From contig JALMLS010000619.1 of NCBI GenBank assembly GCA_038496445.1, positions 1-64,000 on the forward strand: a stretch of DNA of 64,000 nucleotides, given 5' to 3'. Of the stretch, positions 38,428-52,137 are shown one piece after another. The stretch is from Trichosphaerium sp. ATCC 40318. Lineage: Eukaryota; Protista; Tubulinea. The notes under the pieces were generated by a model. The model was given only the letters and a program-made list of their open reading frames with translations. It was not told the origin of the DNA and did no database searches. Numbering within the stretch: the first letter of the stretch is position 1; every line of letters starts with the position of its first letter. The position numbers and the translations under genes were made by a program.

Positions 38428-39077
38428 ACCAATCAATTTTTTTTTATTTACGTTTTGGGTGAGTTTATGTGCTTACTCTGTTCGCTCACATTGTAGGCAA
38501 AACTGAGTAAAACCAGAAAAACAACAAATTGGTATGTGCTGTAACCTTTCGGGCGAGTGTGGTTAATAATATTGTTTTATCCGCGTAACAATACGTTCTG
38601 CCAAAACTAGTGGATTTTGTAATTTGACAATACAAATCACTTACATTTTGGACAATACACTTCGATCAGCATCTACAATAGTACAATACTCACCAAATGT
38701 TGGTGGGCATGCACGTGAACTAGTGTTACCTCTGGATATAGACATCCAGCCTTATTTAGGTCTGAGGTATATGCATCTAATGCTGAATAGTTTCTCCAGT
38801 TCTTGTTCTCACGTACAAAGTGTAATTATACCCAGCTGTAGTCCCCTTAAATTTTCAAAAGCAAATGAGTTATGGCTCTTCGTCAATGTAGATCTACCAC
38901 GTTAATTAACCATTTATTGCTTGTTATGGCGAAGTAATGCTCACAGAGATAAACAAAGGTATTCAGAATTAGCTTTGTTCGTGGAGTTATTGAAAACTTT
39001 CGGAGAAAACGAGACTATTTTATGTATGCGGGTGAAGTTACATCAAAGAGATTGTGCTCTTTGTACTGATTTTATTG

Positions 39078-39352
39078 CTAGTTCATACACTCTCCGAACT
39101 CTGGACATTTATCTCCAGGACATGGAAAAAAGAAGACACAACAGTAATACTTGTTCAAAGGATGACCGCAATCTTCACAGGAACCAGCTGGGTCTCCAGG
39201 AGAAATCGTACATGGTATCGCCTTTGAAGAACAGTAAGAATGTGGTTGGGTATTCGGTACTTTTTTAAAAATCAAGTTGTTCGTACTTCGGTTACAGTGA
39301 AGAAGAATAAAGTAGCAAGTGCAAAGAGGATAAAAGTTGTTGAGGTGCGCAT
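39078..39352 (-). CDS. Secreted 8-cysteine peptide precursor, copy 1 (one intron)
   Basis: MRTSTTFILFALATLFFFTVTE / intron / AIPCTISPGDPAGSCEDCGHPLNKYYCCVFFFPCPGDKCPEFGECMN*, with AATAAA just after the stop. Confidence 0.85.
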
Positions 39353-40953
39353 GTTGTAATGGATTGGGTTGTTTAAATTTTTGTTTACTATCTATGACAT
39401 TTTGTTACACAACTTGTAAATAATGCGAGAAATAAGATCACATGTGAATGATTGTCTGTCAAAAAACCCTTTTGAAACCAATAATGGTTTCTTATTTACT
39501 TTACACGCATATTCTACTTCGTTGTTCCAAACTTTGGTTCGGACCGTTGTGTTATAAGTTTAGAGAGTGATTTTCCGCTGTATTCTCTTCTAGAAACTGT
39601 GTAGAACAACGTTTGTTGTCCACTCGCCCAAAACCCTATTCATACCTTTACTATAACCGCGTTTTTTGTGCACGTGTCCCAAATACAGAGTGACCTCACT
39701 TTGAACTCAAACAACCATAGCATGTCGTAACAGCCCTTCTTACAACACCTCGGTGGAAAGTAGTAATTCACACAAGATTATACGCCTCGTAGAAGCATAC
39801 AAACCCTATTGGTAGTAGTAGTATGAATATGTTGGCAAGATGAGTATGTTGGCTATCTAAATAAGTACGAAAAGCAGGTACGATGTGTGATAAAGTTGAA
39901 ATGGAGACTTATTTGCCAATGCTAAAACTTCAAAAGAGTTCCTCAAAAAAGACATTTGAATCAAAATCTCTGAGATGACTAAAAATATATTTTCCAAACT
40001 GGGTTAGGCGGGAACACAATCCGTTTGGTGCGTTTTTCATCCTCCCATTTGATGGATTACGGTCAGGTTATTATACAAACAAGCACTGGAAGTCAAGAAA
40101 CAACAAAATACAGAGAATCTGTTTTTTTGTGATTCTTAACAATCCTAACGTATCCTGTACCCTTATAGCCCTGAAATTCTCCACAGACGATGTACGGATT
40201 GGAACGCGAAAAGTGAATAAATCACAAGAGAGACTAAAACCTGTACAGACGCAAAACAATTGAAAAAAATCGTTTTATATTAACAGTCTTCGTGGAAAAT
40301 TACAATTTTTATTGATAGGGTGTTCACAAGGGAAAGAAAAATCTACCTCATGTCATAAATCAAAGAATTGTTGGTTTAAAGAGAATCTTAAGAAACATAC
40401 AGCAAACCAGTTGCCACCTATTGGTAAAAAACCCAAAGTTCTCCAAGACTATTTTCGAATGTTCGTTATCCCTAATAGAGTCACTATAGAAACTAGCCTG
40501 TATATATGGTCTAGACAATACTTTGCAGGTTGGGTTTATTAAGTGTACACAACTTTTTTTTTGTACCTTTTAAGAGAAGATAAACCGAACGGATTTATAT
40601 TCTTATATTCTGCTGTTCAAAAAAGCACAACATGACGCTTTTACACCTATATTAAGTGTTTCAGGCTTTTTGAGTACCTGTAAAGCGGGGGGCTTGCGAT
40701 AGTTTGAATCACAAAGGGGCGAAAACCGTAAACACAAACGGCATAACTGCTTTTTTAATTTGCTTTTGTATTTGTTTTTGTCTATCTCAACACGCCGCTA
40801 ACTTTGGTGGTGTACGGAACAAAAAAAAGTACCAAATCGCTTCGCAGTGCCGAAATAATATATCTTTAACATGACGCTGTGACAGCGTGAACATGGTACA
40901 AAAACCCAAAAGTATCACATGTCAAAAAATCAAAAAACCCAATCCATTACAAC

Positions 40954-41231
40954 ATGCGCACCTCAACAACTTTTATCCTCTTTGCACTTGCTACTTTATT
41001 CTTCTTCACTGTAACCGAAGTACGAACAACTTGATTTTTAAAAAAGTACCGAACACCCAACCACATTCTTACTGTTCTTCAAAGGCGATACCATGTACGA
41101 TTTCTCCTGGAGACCCAGCTGGTTCCTGTGAAGATTGCGGTCCTCATCTGTTGAACAAGTATTACTGTTGTGTCTTCTTTTATCCATGCCCCGGAGCTAA
41201 ATGTGAAGACTTTGCAGCTTGTATGGAGTAG
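40954..41231 (+). CDS. Secreted 8-cysteine peptide precursor, copy 2 (one intron)
   Basis: MRTSTTFILFALATLFFFTVTE / intron / AIPCTISPGDPAGSCEDCGPHLLNKYYCCVFFYPCPGAKCEDFAACME*. Inverted duplicate of 39078-39352. Confidence 0.85.
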
Positions 41232-41831
41232 CAATAAAATCAGTACAAAGAGCACAATCTCTTTGATATCACCCTCACCCCATACAGCATCGTTTTTCTT
41301 GAAACTTTCTATTGGAAGCCACTAGACACTTTTTTACATCCAAACTACTGTCATACACTTTGAATACAATCTACAAGTTGAGTGAAAGTGACAAACTATT
41401 TTTATGATAGCCAAAAAGCAATATTAAGTACCGATTTGGGGCCTTGCTAGTATTTCTTTGCAACCAGGCCCAAACATGCTAACTTGAAAGATAGTTGCAA
41501 ATATGGTGACCTTAGAGTCAAAAATAAAAGCTGCTCTTTCGTCCGTGGAAATAACTTTATTTCGATTTAGCCCTTAAGCTTTTAAAAAGTAACTCCCGAT
41601 CAGCAAGCACGTGACTTTCTGGTCACCACCACAAAGTACTCGTTAAGGATACATCAATAGGTTAGCTTGTAGTCTAGGGGTTGCCTGTACTCACAAACCA
41701 TCTCGAAAAACTAGCTTAGCGCTAAAAAATAGAGTTCAGGTCAAACCCAAGCAATGTTGACTACAGTGCACGCTTTTTGATTTGAAAATTGGTCGTTGCC
41801 TTTAACCACGTAACGCGGGAAAGTCATAGAG

Positions 41832-44800
41832 ATGGATCTACAGTTGAGAGTGATGCCTAGTAAATGAGTTAAACTACAATGCTGTTACTAATAGTAGGTT
41901 AGGATTTCGCAGCTTGCCGCACATTTTACAGCCTCGTATACGCTCACTAGAGCAGTTTGTGCGTATTTACGAACGTTTCATTCGAAATAGCGAAGAAAAA
42001 GACAAAAACCGTTTAGAATACGTTGTACCCGTTTGTTCTCAATTCTATGGCTCTGGTATGCGTAGAAACCCTTGTTTTGAGGTTCTAAAGCATATTTTAA
42101 GGCAAAACAATATTCATGTATCATTTGCAGTTTGTCTTTAATGACGAACACACTTTGAACGAATTCAACAGATTGACTGATATTGAGCGTAAAACTAGTA
42201 AGCGATACAATACATTATTGGCTGGAAACACACGATGGCAACAATTTAAATCTGAGAACAAAGGAACGTTTGATAAGCTTGCGAAAACACGCTTTATTAC
42301 TTTACATAGTGGCGCTTCAGGTGGTATGTTTTGTAAAATGATTTGTGTTTTACTTTCTTTCACAGGAGGCGGATTTGGAGGCACTCATGAGCACGCCTTA
42401 GCTAGTTGTTTGGGAGGGAGGTTGTTGTGTAAGTTAAGGTTACATTTACTGTTTGCTGGCTAACAAACGCAAAGCTAAAACCGTTCCTTCTGACGAGTTA
42501 CAACAATGGACAATTGCTTTAACGACAGGATCATTTGGCAGTGCTTCTTCTGTTATGGTACAAGCATTGCAGCTATTCTGGAAATATCAACCCGATTCTC
42601 CAGTCTTTCTTGTCACTGATGAGTTTGAATCAGGGTTGCCACCGGTATGATATTACGTGACATTTTATGTTTCCTAACACATGAATAGCATATGGATCTT
42701 ACAGAATACCTCAAGGATCTGTGTAATTTATGTACAAGAGTCTGCAAGGAGACTGGATGTGCGTTTGTTGTTGTCATAATCTAAGATGTGTTTAACTGTA
42801 TTAGACCCTGGTTTTGGATTTGCGTTCAGTGGTGTTGACAAATCACTGATTGGTATCAGTGGTACACCCGGCCTATTATGTAAAACAGAGTGGATACAAT
42901 TGAATGTATGTGCTCAACCGTCTCATTGGAAAATAACATAAAAGGGTAGCCTTTCAACATTGAAGATATTGTATCAATTATCAAAGCACTTTATGAAGAT
43001 GGACATGAGATTATACCACCAGAACTATGGCATGAGGCTGCTCAAGCACTCATGTATTATTTTGCAGGTCATCCTCGACATATTCGATATGCCATGGAGT
43101 GCCTAGATAAGTTGCTTATCACAAAAACTTTAGAACCAATAGTTTCAAGAAAAGACATCCACACGTGCGACTTGTACAGTGCTATATTTGTTATTTGACC
43201 ATATTTAGATGGATGCGCAATGCTTTGCAGTATCTTACAGATTCTAATTTTTTTACCAATGACATCACCCGCAAGCTAAGACGTAAAGATCTCCATATAA
43301 TGGCTCATGTACAATTGTACAGTGTGACTGAATTACCTTTGGTAAATACATCAGAACATGGTTGGCAACGAAATCAGCTTGCTATTGCAGGTGTTAAATT
43401 GTACATAGCAGAATATATCTACTACGCACCTTGTGCCACTAAAATATTGCCCAATGGTACCATACCTTATAACAATAACTTAAATGTTATTTATTTGTTT
43501 TCAAGGTGATATTGTATCATGTTTGGGTTCAGTGGTGTGGTCGTACTTGAAAAAAAAAGTAGATATTGTTGGATGGAGAATTCAAGAGCGCATTGCATGG
43601 ATAATGGAAATTGAAAAGAATGGTAATTGTAGCCACTAGTATAGATTATGTAACTGAAGAGTACTTTTAGTTGATATGTTAACTCTATACATTATATGGG
43701 GTCTCTTAAAGATCGTTTTACACGAACACTTGATGCAGCATCTTGTTATCTACCAGAAATCTGCGCTCAAGGTACCTTCAAGATAGATTTCTTGTGAATT
43801 GTCTTCTGATATTTGAGCGTAGCACATCAAAGCAAAACGTTTACAGGAAGTACTCCTGTTACCTACAATATACAATGATAAATCTGACATTGAGCAAGAG
43901 GAACCAATAGAACTATCAAAGGTACGTTTACGGACACACACATTAATGACAGTTTGCAGGAGCTGAAACACAGTATTGCAAAATGTTTAAAACGCGGAGA
44001 CGAACCATTTAATAATGTAAGATCAATACTATCAACTGACTTTCCTTGGTTATGGTCTACAGTATGCAAGCACACCAAGACATTTGTTGGTTTGACAAAA
44101 GATAAATCACGTGCGTATAACAATGCAAGCAAATGTTTGTTAATAAAGTGGCCGCAGGTTCATTTAGTTACATACGATTTGCTACTGGACGTGAAGATGA
44201 GTTTGTAACTGTTGGTGTATTAGACAAGGTATGTTTTAAATTGAAGTAATTTTTACTCACTCCTCCGGGCAGTGTTATGAAGAGTTGTCTTTTCATCAAT
44301 TAAAAAATGTAATTGATGAATACAGTTCAATTACATATGAGTGTGATTCAGATCTTCATGTGATGTTGATGACAACTAGTCATGTTGGAAATCAAATCTG
44401 TGATGTATTTGGAGGAAACTATTCTTCCTTTGTCATTCAAGGTATGTGCCAACTGAAAGACCAGCATTTTTAATTTCTAAAATTCTAGCTGGACAATACT
44501 ACAAGTGTAGTGTAGATGGAAAAAATACAAATAATACGACTATGTTTGTGGATATTACAACAAAGAAGATGTTTTGCAATGGTCAAGTATTTAATGTATC
44601 ACGCTTGTTGTTAAAATCTACATCGTAACTTTTTTGTTTGTAGTGTTGTGAAGCAAGTGACAATACAACCAAAGTCACACATGGTGATACTGTAATCCAC
44701 TTTGATACATCATCATCAAACACGATGTAAGCTTGTTTTTTTGCTGTATATCTTTAAAAACTGGTATAGTAACTAATAGCCTGGTAGTTGCTCACCCAAC

Positions 44801-45392
44801 ACACATTTCACAATAAGTGAAAGTGAGATACTCGTTATTCCAAAAAATTATGAGGTACTTGTTGCAGGTTTAGATACTTTGGAAGTGTTGGTGGGAGGTC
44901 CGTTGTTGAGATCGTTGGGCTTGACTGAGGATTATGAAAGTCCTACAACAAGAGATATTACAGATCTTATGGATTGTACGGTCTATTGTGGAAAAAGTAT
45001 TAATCCTGCTACTTAGATAATATAACACCTCCAAAACGCTTGCAAAAAGACGTAAAAAAAAGGAATAGAGATACTGATGTGTGTACTACGCAAATCAAGA
45101 AGCCTCGCCTTACAGATTACAACGTTGATTTGATGGTGCAGCAAAAAAAAAGAGTTATTGGCTTTGATAAACATGATTGTGTGATTAATATCCTTGTAAA
45201 ATTGGGGTACAGAACACGTAACCTTCACATGGAAGTAAATGGGGAAAGAGTAAACAAGTTTATGCTGATGACAAATGTGCAAGCATTGGCTGTACGTATA
45301 AATTACTGTAAATGAAGTTAACTTATTTTCTGTAGAAGAAAAATAATTGTGATATTAACGTAATTGACGATAGTTATTGTACCATCTTGTAA
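41832..45392 (+). CDS. Large multi-exon P-loop NTPase, Crinkler-effector/STAND-like
   Basis: Walker A VPVCSQFYGSG|KT is reconstituted across an intron. Walker B VFLVTDEFES, FAFSG and YFAGHPRHIRYAMECL (GxPR) follow, then an unassigned C-terminal half. Confidence 0.65.
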
Positions 45393-45599
45393 AGAGGTAA
45401 TTAGGCCTAGTAATAATAAAATGACTTGTGTCTTGAATCTAACTCTTTGATATTTATTAGAACAATAAAGTGCCTACCAAGCCTGGACATATTCCTTCTA
45501 CGTGACAAGAAGCACGCTTTTAAAAATTAACAGGCACAATCACGCTACATTAAGGCTAACTCAGAACTAGTGCACGTCACGTCTGAACGCAAATTAAGT

Positions 45600-46650
45600 T
45601 TATTCAGTGACTGTTGGTACTTGTACATCCTGAAGACTTTCTGGAAATCTACTGAATTGTACGCTTAGCATTCTGTCGATGTTCTATTTTTCGAAGAATA
45701 CAATTTGCTTATGTTTCTTTTTCTACAATTCAATTAGTTCTATCGATAAATGTTGCGTACCGCGATTGCTTTCAAATCAACTATTGTATATTTATCATAT
45801 ATTGTGTCCTCATCAGTAAGTCTTACATGCATAGGTCCAAGGCAGAAGCTTTGGCGCACTTCATCTGCTAACCCGCTTGCCGTTGAATCTTGGGCATACT
45901 TTATGGCGTAGTCAATATGAGGTGCTTGTTTTGGTTGCACAAGACACTTGGGCAGTTTTTTTTCTAGTTTGCCCAGAATATGTACTTTCGTCTCCTACTC
46001 TTTTCAAACTCGTTGTGGTGCCTTAATTAATTTATCAGTTTAACTCAGGTACATTCAACATACCTGTCATGAGATTGCAAAGATATTGCATTTGAGCCCG
46101 CCTGTTGTCTGGTTTGGATTGCAAATATTGAAACAAAACTTTCCCATTTTTTTTCCATCAACTCACTGTTAGCTAGAAGCACTTCATGGTTAGGTTTAAT
46201 TAAACAGAATTGCTTCTCAGTGACTAGATCATTAGCCGATAAAAAACTAACAACATTAGTTCTAAATTCTCAGAATTTTCCGCAAACACATGGATTATTT
46301 CCAAAATAACTCCAAAGTAGTTTTCAACAGACCGCCAATCGAGAATGGGATAGAATTAATCCATTCGTGGTATTCCTTGACAGGTATAAACCCGTCTGCG
46401 CAAATATAAGTACAAATTGTAGTACTTAACTCACCCAAGAGTTTTTCCAAAAAGAGCAACAATGCCACGCACTAGCAAGGCGATTTTTGTACCGGATTGT
46501 TTTTCTGTAGCGAGGATTATTCGTAATACAACGTGACTTACTTTTAACTTTTATAAAGCGTGTCCTTCTCAGAGAACTGAACACGGTTTCGTTTTGTTGT
46601 GCATGTCTCATCCAGTCCGAGTCTTGGCTTTCGCTACGAAAATGATCGAG
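45600..46650 (-). CDS. Hypothetical spliced gene or gene relic
   Basis: Exon-like blocks bounded by GT/AG (IALLVRGIVALFGKTL; EKQFCLIKPNHEVLL; KYTIVDLKAIA). The full frame could not be resolved. Confidence 0.3.
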
Positions 46651-47405
46651 ATGTTCTTACGGAGCGCTAGTATTGTTGAGCTAAACTCGTCGACAAACCA
46701 GTGCGGTTGTAACTTGCATATGTATTTTTTTCAAAGGCGCTACTCCTACGCACAGAGAATTGCTATGGAGTAATGTTACCAAGCGAACGAAAACTGAATA
46801 AACGCTCTAAAGCATGGAAATACTGCCAACATCACACTATGCCGATTTGTAGTTGCAAAGGCTTTTTTCTGAAGTTGTCCTCAATTGGAATTACCACACG
46901 CGCGTACCATAGCGAGAAATAAAAGCACACTGTGAGCTATAAAACCGTAGCCCTCTTTGACCCAAGTAGAGTTTCTACAAACACATAACGTTGTTACACA
47001 ACGTCAGAAGGATCAGCTAGCTGTTTATTTGACTAATCAACAATCGGTGCAACAAAACAGCAAGAACAACGGCGAAACGCTTCCTATTAGCGTTTTTGAG
47101 GCTTTTCGGAAAAGTTCTGCGTAATTGCGCTTAGACACTAAAACTACCGACGCTCTGGTATTTGCAACTCGTTTTGTTCTAACTCGCGAGCGCTTTGTGC
47201 CAGCAACACGCGTTTGCGACGTTGTATGAGAAGAAAAATAACAAAGCAGCTATGCGCAGCGCAAGCCCTTTGAAGTGTAGTATGAGCATAAATAAACACT
47301 ACCTACTTATCGCTATTTGGACCTGTTTGAATGAACGCGTTTGAAAAATATTGAAAATACAAAATTTTAAAATTGGCGGCAAAAACACCTAAACACAAAC
47401 ACGCC

Positions 47406-50400
47406 ATGTCTTCCAGCCTAAAGTGGTCCGACGTGCTTTGCGAAGAAGAAAAAAGTTGTGTAAATGTAGCACTTCACCCGGACGGACAGTACGCGCCTCA
47501 TTACGTCTTTTAGCGTACTAAGACTATATGGAGGCATATATTTCTGTGTTCTCACGAAAACAACGATGTTACAGTGTTAGATATCAAAAACAGTGATGCC
47601 AACCCAGAAATTGTGCCACACGAGGAAGGAGTATACGCAGTAACGACTACTATAAAAGTAAGCGTTAAAAAAAAAGAATCAAGACTAACGTAAACGTAGG
47701 GTGATATGTTTGCTACAGCTTGTGGCGATCGTGGGTTGTATTTGTACGAGTACCCTTCAAAAGGTGGCAATTTCACAAAAACACTCTTAACACGCTTCGA
47801 AAACGCTGTATATGACGCAAAGTTCGATCCTACAGATGAACGTGTCGCTGGCGCAGGGTACGTTTCTTAAATTTGCTCATCAACGCAAAAACAGCGTTAA
47901 ATACTAGCGAAATGCACCGCAGCTTTGTTTCTAGCAGTTCTGATCATTTTTTTTTTCAACGGTTAATTAAATATTTGAAACTAATCAGAGTTTTCTAGCG
48001 CTGACGGTGTCATTCGTATTGTTTCAGTAGTTGGAGGCGATTTAAAGCTATTAAAGGGACATACTAGCTCTGTTACAACAGTTGCTTTCGATCCACAACG
48101 AAAATACCTTGTACGTTTAGAACCCGCTCGACGTTGTCCTTGAATACACAATTGAGCTCCAAACGATCTCTCTGTGACGTTCTTTTACTGTCACAAAACT
48201 TTTTATTTCATTTCATTTCTTACGCCGATTCTAGGCTTCTACAAGTACTGATTGTACTTTACGCATATGGAATCTAGACAAAGAAGAAGATTCAGAAGTA
48301 CACAAAGCGGAAATGCTCCCTAAGGGCGGAATTACACAAAAACAACCTCATCGCATATCCTGGAATATTGATGGCTCACTTCTCGCTGTGCCAACTGCAA
48401 AAGGTATGCGCGATGCGCGTTTTTCTTGTTTTTTGTGTTTTTCGTGTATTTTTAATGATTGTCTCGTTAGGTGTCGTTTTATTACAACGTGGCAGTTGGA
48501 AGGTTGTTGGAGAGTTTAAAGAGCATAATGTAGAAGCAGTTGCAACGGTACGTGCTGTTCCTTTTTTTCTTTTGGTTTTTTTTTCTTATTTTTTTTTTGT
48601 AGATGTTTTCTCCTCGTGGTGAGTTCTTAGTTTCCAGTCATGTTGATGGAAGTGTTTTATTATGGAATGTAAAAACAAAAGAGTCTTTAGAGCGTCACAG
48701 ATGTGATTCTCGCGTTACTTCAATGGCATGGAATACTAAGGTAAACGCCTGAGGTTTTGAACTATTTTTGGTCTAGTTCGTTTTTAACTGTTCTTTTAGG
48801 ATAATGCTGTCATTCTAGTCAACGAGGACGGCGAGTTTGCTGTATGGGATAACATACTCTCTTCACACATGAAGCGTGAAGAGACTGGTACTGTAAAGAA
48901 AAACCCTATCGACTCTCAAAGAAAGCAGATTGAGAAGTGCGTTGTACTTCTTTTTTATTTCTCCTACTTCGCTTCTTCTAACCGACCTTGATGTAGTTTA
49001 ACCAGTATGTTCCTTGATGATGAGTGCGATGTTGATGAAGATGTTGAGATGGAACAAATCTCTGCTGCTAATATCATAACGTGCGTAACGAAGCTATGAA
49101 AAAAAAAACCTAAGAACCTACCTGGATTTCTAATTCGACAGATATTTTTCTGCCCTCGTGACTGTTTATTGTCAACTTTATTTTCCCGCGTATATGTATT
49201 TTCCTTGGTTATTTTTTGACAGTATGTTTAGTAAACCAACGACAAAGCAAACGAAAAAAGTAAATAGACGTGTTGCTAAATCATCGAAAGTCTTGGACTC
49301 TGATGAAGAAGATGAGTTATTAGGCCAACTCGCACAAGAAGAAGAAGAAATGGATGATATTCCTGAAACACAAATACCTGTACGTCTCAATTGTGACATG
49401 AGTAGTAGACTGTGAATCTGACTTTTTCGAAAACTAGGATTACGTTGATTTTGAAACAAAAAGATTTGGATCTGTTGACAAACAAAGACAAACAACACTC
49501 ACCAGTCACTTGAAACCTGTACATATTGATGATATTTCACCAACTGTTAGAGCACCTCAAGCTCCTTTTCAACCAAATGCTTCGCCTATTGGAGAACAAA
49601 GAAGGTTTCTCGGTGCGTTTTAATTTCAAATCCTATTTTTTTCTCTTTTTTCTTGTTTTTAACGATTTCGCGCTTACATTGATTTTTTTAGCTTGGAACA
49701 ACCATGGTTCAGCAGTATCACGATACGACGGTGTTACTTCTTATATTGACATTGAGTTTGCTGACTTGGGACGTCACAGAAACTTCAGCCTTTCCAAAAA
49801 TTTTGCAATCGGTACGTTGGGTTTTTTTGTGTTGTTCAACGGTTTTTTACTGATTGTAACGCCTAGATTTCGGCGCTGTTGCTGATGACGCTTTGGTATT
49901 AGCTAGCCCTGGCACCCTTTTCTACAGAAAATATGATAACTTTATGTGGGAGTCATCTCAAGGGTGGTCAATCAATCTAGTAGACAAAGAAGCCATTCAA
50001 CGTACACGCTTTTTTTTTCACAAAATGTCAGGCGTCAGCCGCTTGTACTTTACCGTTATTACTCGTTCTGTTGTGGCTAAGACGTATGTATAGTTCTTGC
50101 TGCTGGTACTGGATTTGTTGCTATTGGTACAACAAACAACTACGTCCGCATCTTTTGCTCTGGTGGTATGGAAAAGTACGTCTTTCTTATCTGTTTTTTT
50201 TATACTTGACACGTCATTAACGTTATTTACTTCTAGAGCCATCCTTTGTTTCGGTCCTTTACTGTCAATGTCTGCTCAAGAGCATATTCTCGCTATTGTA
50301 TACCATGCAGGCATGTACTCTATCAACTTGTTTGAAATCAACGGCTATCTTGCTTATGTTTTTTTTTGCTTTAGGTTCTAGCCGTAAATTAGTTCTCATG

Positions 50401-52137
50401 GATACACGTGACCGTTCAGTTGTATATCATAAAGACTTACCTTGTCCTGCTAATGTTAATCTAACATGGATTGGGTTCTCTCGTGATGGTATTTTCCATA
50501 TTCTCAGAGATGACGGTAAAATGTTGTGTTTGGCTCATTGGGAAGAGTAAGTTTGCTTTTTTTTTTTGGGCTTTGTTTTTAATTTCGGTTTTCGAATCTA
50601 TACTGATGTTTATGGTAGCGACAAACCTTGTGGTGGACTATGGCAAGTTGTTCTTGAGGTTGACCAAAAGAGACGTATCTGGCCTATTCAGATTCAGTCC
50701 AGCGGAACACTTTTATACCTTCCTTTGTTGGTACGTAATGCTTTTTGTTTCTTTTTTGTCATCAAGAACGATGTTGTATTTTCGCACGTGATATTTACAC
50801 AATGTTAGGCTGATGAGATAGCACCAAGGAATGTCAGTGCACGAAGGCCTGTACCAAGTACCATGAAGTAAGTTAGAAGAACGAGCTTTTTTACTTTTTT
50901 CCTCGTTTGGTTTGCTGATTTTTTTTTCAAAAGGGTTCGCGCACCTGTGTTGACACAAGACTCAAAGTATGCTGCGTTTGGCGAAAAGTTCATGAGAGAC
51001 TCCATTCGTTATCACACTTTGGAACCAGCACTTGAAGAAGGTCCTGAACTGTTGCAGGAGCAAATTAAACTCGATAAGATTGCTTTGCAATTGTTCCAAG
51101 TACGCCTTTTTTTTTTTCTCGTTTTTACATTTTTCGGCTGTTAGAGGATCAACACCTTTATCTTCTCTATCCTCACGCTTTGTCTACGATTATCCAAAGC
51201 ATTGCTTCTTTTAAAACCAAATTTAAACCTACAACTAGTTTACAAAACAGTTTGTCGATCGTTTTCTTCTCCTCCACCTTTGCTTACATTTCTACCTTAG
51301 ATTGCCTGTGAGAAGGGTAAACAAGAACGTGCGTTGAATCTTGCTAAAGATCTATTACTCGGTGGTTCGATAGAAGGTGCCCTTCAGTTGGCATTCAATA
51401 AGCAAGTATGTATTATTCAATTCCCTCTTTGTATAGCACGTGTTAACTTTTTTTTGTTCAGCTTCGTGGTTTGACTGAGCGTATCACAGCATTCAGAGAT
51501 TCTGAATTTGGCGAACAAGAAGAAGAGTCTGAAGAGGAGCTAGAGTTATCTATTGAAGACGATACGTCAAGCCGCTCTGTAAAGCGTAGAAGAGTTGATT
51601 ACAACAAGAGCCAAGCGACAAAAACGTAAGCCCTTTAATTTGAAAACGTTTTTCTTTTTGCGTTGACTGACATTGTGTTGTAGTGATCGCTTGGTTTCTG
51701 AGCCTGTTGAAGACGTTAGTGATGATGACTCTGATGATGCTATGGACGAGGATGTTGAAGAAAATGATGATAAAGAGAACAGTACGGAGAAGTTATCGCG
51801 TCAGCAATTTGTTCTTTTTTTTTTTCATTTATATTTGTTTGTTCATTTTTTTTTCCATTAGAGCAAGCCAACATTACTAAGAAACCTTTCAATCCTTTTG
51901 CTTCTAAGAAGAAGAAAGTCAGTGGGGGTAATGGTACGTCTTCTTACCTGAAACATGATGTCTTGAGAGCAGAAAACAGCATAGAGATTTCTTCGTTTTA
52001 GTAATGAACTTTTTTGTATTGACTTTTTTTCAGGTTGCATCTTCTCTACAATCGGTGGTATTGTATCAAAAGGAAAGGATAGTCCTCTTACACAACGTAC
52101 AAAGGGTAGAAAGAGAAAATTACAATCTGGGTTGTAA
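47406..52137 (+). CDS. WDHD1: WDHD1/And-1/Ctf4 replisome adaptor (WD40 plus SepB/Mcl1-mid domain)
   Basis: N-terminal WD40 repeats (LKGHTSSVTTVAFDP..ASTSTDCTLRIWN) and the family signature APFQPNASP..RRFLAWNNHG..IDIEFAD, followed by LTWIGFS and a helical ACEKGKQERALNLA region. Confidence 0.88.

Noticed and set aside
38484-38497. 14-nt match gctcacattgtagg shared with ~23974
   Set aside because: A match of this length is expected by chance in a 64-kb AT-rich self-comparison, and there is no flanking similarity.
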